Source of the DNA: Serratia phage vB_SmaM_Yaphecito
Length of the DNA: 40,000 nt
Direction: 5' to 3' (one strand)
Sequence record: MW021758.1
Part shown: positions 36,094-40,000 of the stretch, one piece after another
Numbering within the stretch: the first letter of the stretch is position 1
Layout of the letters: each line of letters opens with the position of its first letter
The notes under the pieces: generated by a model
The model's input: only the letters and a program-made list of their open reading frames with translations
Told to the model about the DNA's origin: nothing
The model's database searches: none
Program-made: the position numbers and the translations under genes

Positions 36094-37056
36094 TTAGGAG
36101 AAAAACATCCCGTCGTCTTCGGACGGCCCAGAGTTCTTCATTACAGAAGAAGTCAGTTTCTCACGAGAGGCCTTACGACGCTCGTAATCGTCCTTGATGG
36201 TTTTCAGTTCATCCATCAGCGAACCCAGGCCATGGGTGTAGATGCTGAAGTACAGAGAACCTTTACCACTTTCGCGACGGTTACCATACGCGCTGTAGTC
36301 AGCGGCGATAGTACCTTCACCACGATAGTCGTCACCGTGCAGTTCAGCAACAGAGATTGGTGCTTCGATTTCGATCGCTTCGTTGCGATCTTCGGTGATG
36401 TCCAGCAGGCAGAGCTGAGGTGTTACTTTGGCGCCGCTAGTAGGACGAGCCCAGTTGAGAACATCGGCGCTATCAAGGCCGTGGTGAGTACCTGCGTAGA
36501 GATCCAGGATCCAACGCATACCGGTCAGCATGTTGATGTCGACTTCAGAGTTACGGACGTTGCTGCCATTGGTGTCGTAGTAGACAACCGCAGAGACGTT
36601 TTTCTTCCGAGCCATGGTATCGATCGAATACAGAGTATCCAGAACGTTACCGGTGGTTTTACCGCTTTCGGTCGAACCGACGACGAACAGCAGAACGGCT
36701 TTGTTTTGTTCCCACAGCGCTTCGGCGATTTTCAGTGAGAATACTGAACCAGTACCGCCGGATGCAGAGAAGACCAGGATGTTCAGGTCGGATGGTTTGT
36801 GTGACAGCAGAACATCGTCTACTGCACGAGCGATCAGAGGGTAGTTGATCGAACGCTCTTTACCGGAGCCATCTACGCCTTCCAGGACGTAACACGTCTT
36901 AGGATCGTAGCGGCCGTTGAAGTTGGATTTGCTGCTGTCTACGAAGGCAGCGTTGACATAAGCCAGACCACTGAGGTCTTGATCGAGCAGACGGTTTACC
37001 AGGTCGATACCGGCACCGCCACAACCATAGATAGAGACGCTATTACGAGTTTGCAT
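36094..37056 (-). CDS. phuZ: PhuZ-like phage tubulin/FtsZ-family GTPase
   Basis: N-terminal nucleotide-binding loop IYGCGGAGIDLVNRLL, tubulin signature FSASGGTGSVFS, 320 aa, acidic/aromatic C-terminal tail SEDDGMFFS. Confidence 0.85.
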   Translation of the reverse strand: MQTRNSVSIYGCGGAGIDLVNRLLDQDLSGLAYVNAAFVDSSKSNFNGRYDPKTCYVLEGVDGSGKERSINYPLIARAVDDVLLSHKPSDLNILVFSASGGTGSVFSLKIAEALWEQNKAVLLFVVGSTESGKTTGNVLDTLYSIDTMARKKNVSAVVYYDTNGSNVRNSEVDINMLTGMRWILDLYAGTHHGLDSADVLNWARPTSGAKVTPQLCLLDITEDRNEAIEIEAPISVAELHGDDYRGEGTIAADYSAYGNRRESGKGSLYFSIYTHGLGSLMDELKTIKDDYERRKASREKLTSSVMKNSGPSEDDGMFFS

Positions 37057-37162
37057 ATTTCCTCACTACTGATAAGAAAAAACTACTTTATCTGTGTAAT
37101 TGCTACACATCTTCAGAAGAGATGTAAAAAATAACCTGACGGATCCTACTAGGAGGTAGCCC

Positions 37163-37996
37163 ATGTCAGTCCTTCATAAAGTTATCTCGGATATTCGGTT
37201 TGAAATTCCAACCGATGTCCTTGAAATAGCATTTCTCGGTAAACGAGGAAGGGAACGAATCTCTCCGGGGTCATTGGACTGGGAGATCCGTAACAAAGTT
37301 ATCGATGCGAAAGTCAGGGCAGATTGTAACCTTCTCGGTGCTCTTGAGATTAACATCCCATTAGCTCAAGCGGAAGTAATCCCTGATCCAACTGGTGACT
37401 ATCGTACCGTGGTACGTATCCCTAAACGTTTAACTCAGGGTCGTACTATTGTTGAAACGTTGTACTTCAACTATACGTATAACCTGGGTGCACAAACCAT
37501 GATCGGTGGTACGTTGAACAACGACTACTCGATGAACAACTGTGGTAACTCCCAGTTGATGAACTACGCATCTAAAATCCTCACCTCCGCCGCCCCAGGT
37601 GGTCTTACGGGTTCAGCAGCTGTCCGTCTGATTGGTGAGAATACGATTCTCATCACGGACTACATGGGTTCTGTTAAACAAGGCTCTATTACCTGCCGTG
37701 TTTCCCATGACGCTGATATGAATACCCTGCCACCTAGGGCTGTTCCACAATTTGTTCAGCTGTGCGTCTATGCAACGAAAGCATGGATCTATAATAATCT
37801 GAAGGTAAGTCTTAATCAGGGCTACTTGGAAGGTGGTAGTGAAATGCCAGTCATCCAAGAGTTCGTCGACGGATACTCGGATGCAGCAGAGCTCTATAAA
37901 GAATACTTCAGGGAAGAATGGCAAGCTGTCAACTTCCTTTCGGATGCCAGTGCAGCTGGGAACTATTACCGAAACCTTATCGGCGGATTCATGTAA
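37163..37996 (+). CDS. Hypothetical protein, 277 aa, plus strand (possibly late/virion gene)
   Basis: Long ORF with an AGGAGG-type SD (ACTAGGAGGTAGCCCATG). Confidence 0.8.
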   Translation: MSVLHKVISDIRFEIPTDVLEIAFLGKRGRERISPGSLDWEIRNKVIDAKVRADCNLLGALEINIPLAQAEVIPDPTGDYRTVVRIPKRLTQGRTIVETLYFNYTYNLGAQTMIGGTLNNDYSMNNCGNSQLMNYASKILTSAAPGGLTGSAAVRLIGENTILITDYMGSVKQGSITCRVSHDADMNTLPPRAVPQFVQLCVYATKAWIYNNLKVSLNQGYLEGGSEMPVIQEFVDGYSDAAELYKEYFREEWQAVNFLSDASAAGNYYRNLIGGFM

Positions 37997-38004
37997 GGTC
38001 ACAA

Positions 38005-38026
38005 GTAGGAGGGGAAACCCTCCTAC
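38005..38026. terminator. Bidirectional terminator-like hairpin GTAGGAGGG-GAAA-CCCTCCTAC followed by CTATTTTGTTTT
   Basis: 9-bp stem, GAAA loop, T-rich downstream on the plus strand, between convergent genes. Confidence 0.75.
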
Positions 38027-38036
38027 CTATTTTGTT

Positions 38037-38900
38037 TTAGTGAAGTGAGGCGATATAGTGCTCTTTAGGAATTTCGAAATCGTACTCAGTTCCGTCTGGT
38101 TCTGTTACTGTCGCTGCAAGGTAACCTGGGTCAATATCACCTAAGTCGCTCTTAGCCAAACTAAAGTCACCTGTCATGAAACTAAATTGACCAAGTGATT
38201 GAGTTTGAGTCAACCAAACCATGGCGCAGATGTAGTTGGTCTTTTCTTCATCGTCTTTACGTTTGTAGTTGTAAAGGTTGTAGATGAAGTTCTCCTTGGT
38301 ATCGATATCAAAGATTGTAGCGATACAGTCTCCAGTTTTAACCGGTTGATCTTCAGTCACCATGTGGACGGTAATATCTTCACTGTTGACTTTATCGTGA
38401 ACAACAATGAGATGACGATCAATACGGTGAACCGACATATCGAGTTCAGTATCGTCAGCCAAAACCTGATAGTCGCTAACGAACCCATCTTCGTCTACGT
38501 GTGGAACGCAAACGACTTCACCAAACTCAAAGCGATACATATCGTCGATGAGGCTGACCTTGTGGACCAGGAAAGTAGAAACAATCCTCCAATCATCCGT
38601 GAACTTAGCGCCACCTTTCATCAACGTTTCAATAATCTTCTTAACGTCCCCGGTGTTCTCAAATGGAACTTCATAGCCCAGCGGTACAGAGAGCAGTACG
38701 GGGTAAGTTTCCCCATTGGCATACAAGTCGATAATCAATGACCCAGGTGTTACATTCTCTGGTTTGAAAGAAAGCATGAAGGTCATGGCATACTTGTTTT
38801 CATCTACAGTAGACTCAGGTATAGCTGAGGTGACTTGTTCCATGGGCACTCCTAACAAAAAAGAAAAGAGGGTAACAGAAAGAAAAACCTCTGCACACAA
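38037..38900 (-). CDS. Hypothetical protein; likely start is internal MEQVTSAIPESTVDENK
   Basis: ORF; the upstream part overlaps the hairpin at 38888-38912, favouring the internal Met. Confidence 0.7.
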   Translation of the reverse strand: MCAEVFLSVTLFSFLLGVPMEQVTSAIPESTVDENKYAMTFMLSFKPENVTPGSLIIDLYANGETYPVLLSVPLGYEVPFENTGDVKKIIETLMKGGAKFTDDWRIVSTFLVHKVSLIDDMYRFEFGEVVCVPHVDEDGFVSDYQVLADDTELDMSVHRIDRHLIVVHDKVNSEDITVHMVTEDQPVKTGDCIATIFDIDTKENFIYNLYNYKRKDDEEKTNYICAMVWLTQTQSLGQFSFMTGDFSLAKSDLGDIDPGYLAATVTEPDGTEYDFEIPKEHYIASLH

Positions 38901-38912
38901 AGTGTGCAGAGG
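38888..38912. terminator. Hairpin CCTCTGCACAC-AAA-GTGTGCAGAGG
   Basis: 11-bp inverted repeat downstream of minus gene 38919-39380. Confidence 0.6.
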
Positions 38913-38918
38913 CTCTCT

Positions 38919-39380
38919 CTATTCTTCTTCTGGCTCAGGTGTTTGGAAGGTAAAGTACTTGATGAACTCGACAAGTCCAGCTTTGGGAACTGTGTCTAGC
39001 CCAGCCTTTTCCAGAGTCTCTTTAAAGACTTCGGTGATTTCGCCTTCCCAGGTACTAATAAAACAGGTATTGAGTACGAAGTGGTTAACGCCATTGTAAA
39101 CAGAGTAGGACGGCTTACCCCAGCATACGCCACGGAACATTAAGTTATAGTGGCTTTTCAGATCTTCTTCGATGAGATTAAGTAGTGGGCGGATCGGTAA
39201 CTTACGACCAGCCTGCGTACGAGTAATGCGGTAAACTTGTAAACCGTCTTTGGTACCAACGATTAAACAATGTCTGGCTACCGAGGAACGACGGGCGATG
39301 TTCAGCACTACGTCGTTACTATCATCGATCACTGAAACGTTCTGAACAATACCTTCAGAAAGTTTAACGGTGACTTTCAT
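38919..39380 (-). CDS. Hypothetical protein, 153 aa
   Basis: ORF in the dominant direction. Confidence 0.65.
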   Translation of the reverse strand: MKVTVKLSEGIVQNVSVIDDSNDVVLNIARRSSVARHCLIVGTKDGLQVYRITRTQAGRKLPIRPLLNLIEEDLKSHYNLMFRGVCWGKPSYSVYNGVNHFVLNTCFISTWEGEITEVFKETLEKAGLDTVPKAGLVEFIKYFTFQTPEPEEE

Positions 39381-39817
39381 CCACGTCTCCCTTTACAAAC
39401 CGTATAACAGTAAAAGCTATACCCTGTTTCGGAGGTTGTTGATATTTTAAAATCTCCACTCGTTGTGGCACTAATGCGACCGCAACGATAACAGCGGCAA
39501 AGCGTTTGAGATTTGGGCGCGAATGCACCCAAGAGTTCTTTGTTTTTTGCACTTCGTTTTTCGAGTGCTTCGGTACGACAGGTATTGCAATAACGATATA
39601 CCTTGTAGTCCTTTGTGAACTCTTTAATCGATTTCTCTTCTAAACACGTCGGGCACTTGCAGGTATCTTTTACCTCAGTAACACGTTCAAATACTTTGGC
39701 AGCAGGCTTCGCTTTTTGGAAGCAGTTGCAACCATTGCAATCGGCATGTTCTTTACCGTCACGCATGAATTGGGAAAGATCGAAGGTTACGTTACAAATA
39801 ATACATTGTTTGCGCAT
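39377..39817 (-). CDS. Cys-rich protein with three zinc-ribbon-like modules
   Basis: CIICNVTFDLSQFMRDGKEHADCNGC; CKCPTCLEEKSIKEFTKDYKVYRYCNTCR; CRCYRCGRISATTSGDFKISTTSETGYSFYCYTVC. Confidence 0.7.
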   Translation of the reverse strand: MRKQCIICNVTFDLSQFMRDGKEHADCNGCNCFQKAKPAAKVFERVTEVKDTCKCPTCLEEKSIKEFTKDYKVYRYCNTCRTEALEKRSAKNKELLGAFAPKSQTLCRCYRCGRISATTSGDFKISTTSETGYSFYCYTVCKGRRG

Positions 39818-39887
39818 GGAGATATACTCCTCAAAAATAAATGGGTGTTTTGGCGTAGAGGAATTCCCCTACGCCGTGCGGTTGGCT

Positions 39888-40000
39888 TTATGCCAGGTTC
39901 CAGGTATTCTGCATCAGGTCACTAATAGTGGATTTGATACGTTCGTTGTAAATACCAGGTGGGTTAATCAGGTTTGCAATAGTGATGCCTGATTGCGGCA
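39888..40000 (-). CDS. Partial CDS running off the window edge (...LPQSGITIANLINPPGIYNERIKSTISDLMQNTWNLA*)
   Basis: Open frame from the window edge to TAA at 39888-39890. Confidence 0.5.
   Translation of the reverse strand, partial: PQSGITIANLINPPGIYNERIKSTISDLMQNTWNLA

Noticed and set aside
1-40000. Search for tRNA genes, CRISPR arrays, insertion sequences and integrases
   Set aside because: No cloverleaf with a GGTTCGA-type T-arm, no regularly spaced repeats and no transposase/integrase motifs were recognised by eye; tRNAscan-SE and ISfinder would be needed to exclude them formally.

Overview
The window looks like part of a nucleus-forming (phiKZ-like / Chimalliviridae-type) jumbo phage genome. 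Nearly all genes are on the minus strand; three are on the plus strand. Recognisable hallmarks are a chimallin-like nuclear shell protein (25765-27597), a PhuZ-like phage tubulin (36094-37056), and separate pieces of a divergent multisubunit RNA polymerase: beta C-terminal-like (11463-13793), beta' C-terminal-like (9475-11466) and beta' N-terminal-like (24386-25663 plus 23916-24089). The most notable find is a 296-nt ORF-less group I intron (24090-24385, minus strand). It splits the beta' gene inside the codons of the catalytic N-x-D-F-D-G-D motif. P1 with a U.G wobble, P4, P6, P7, P9 and omega-G can all be written out from the sequence, and splicing restores ...PNCDFDG|DMLGG.... The ORF track misses the second exon. 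Other notable items: a tightly packed array of about 10 small, rapidly diverging, apparently paralogous ORFs (31685-35607) between a family-B-type DNA polymerase fragment and the tubulin; a DarG/TARG1-type macro-domain protein next to a GNAT; a minimal kinase-like protein; an SSB-like protein ending in DNDIPW; an SbcD-like phosphoesterase; a LemA-like/TPM-like membrane pair; an R/D-rich tailed protein in the RNAP cluster; and a recurrent TATATTAC-type promoter-like motif. No tRNA, CRISPR or transposon was recognised. All homology statements come from reading motifs by eye; no database search was run.
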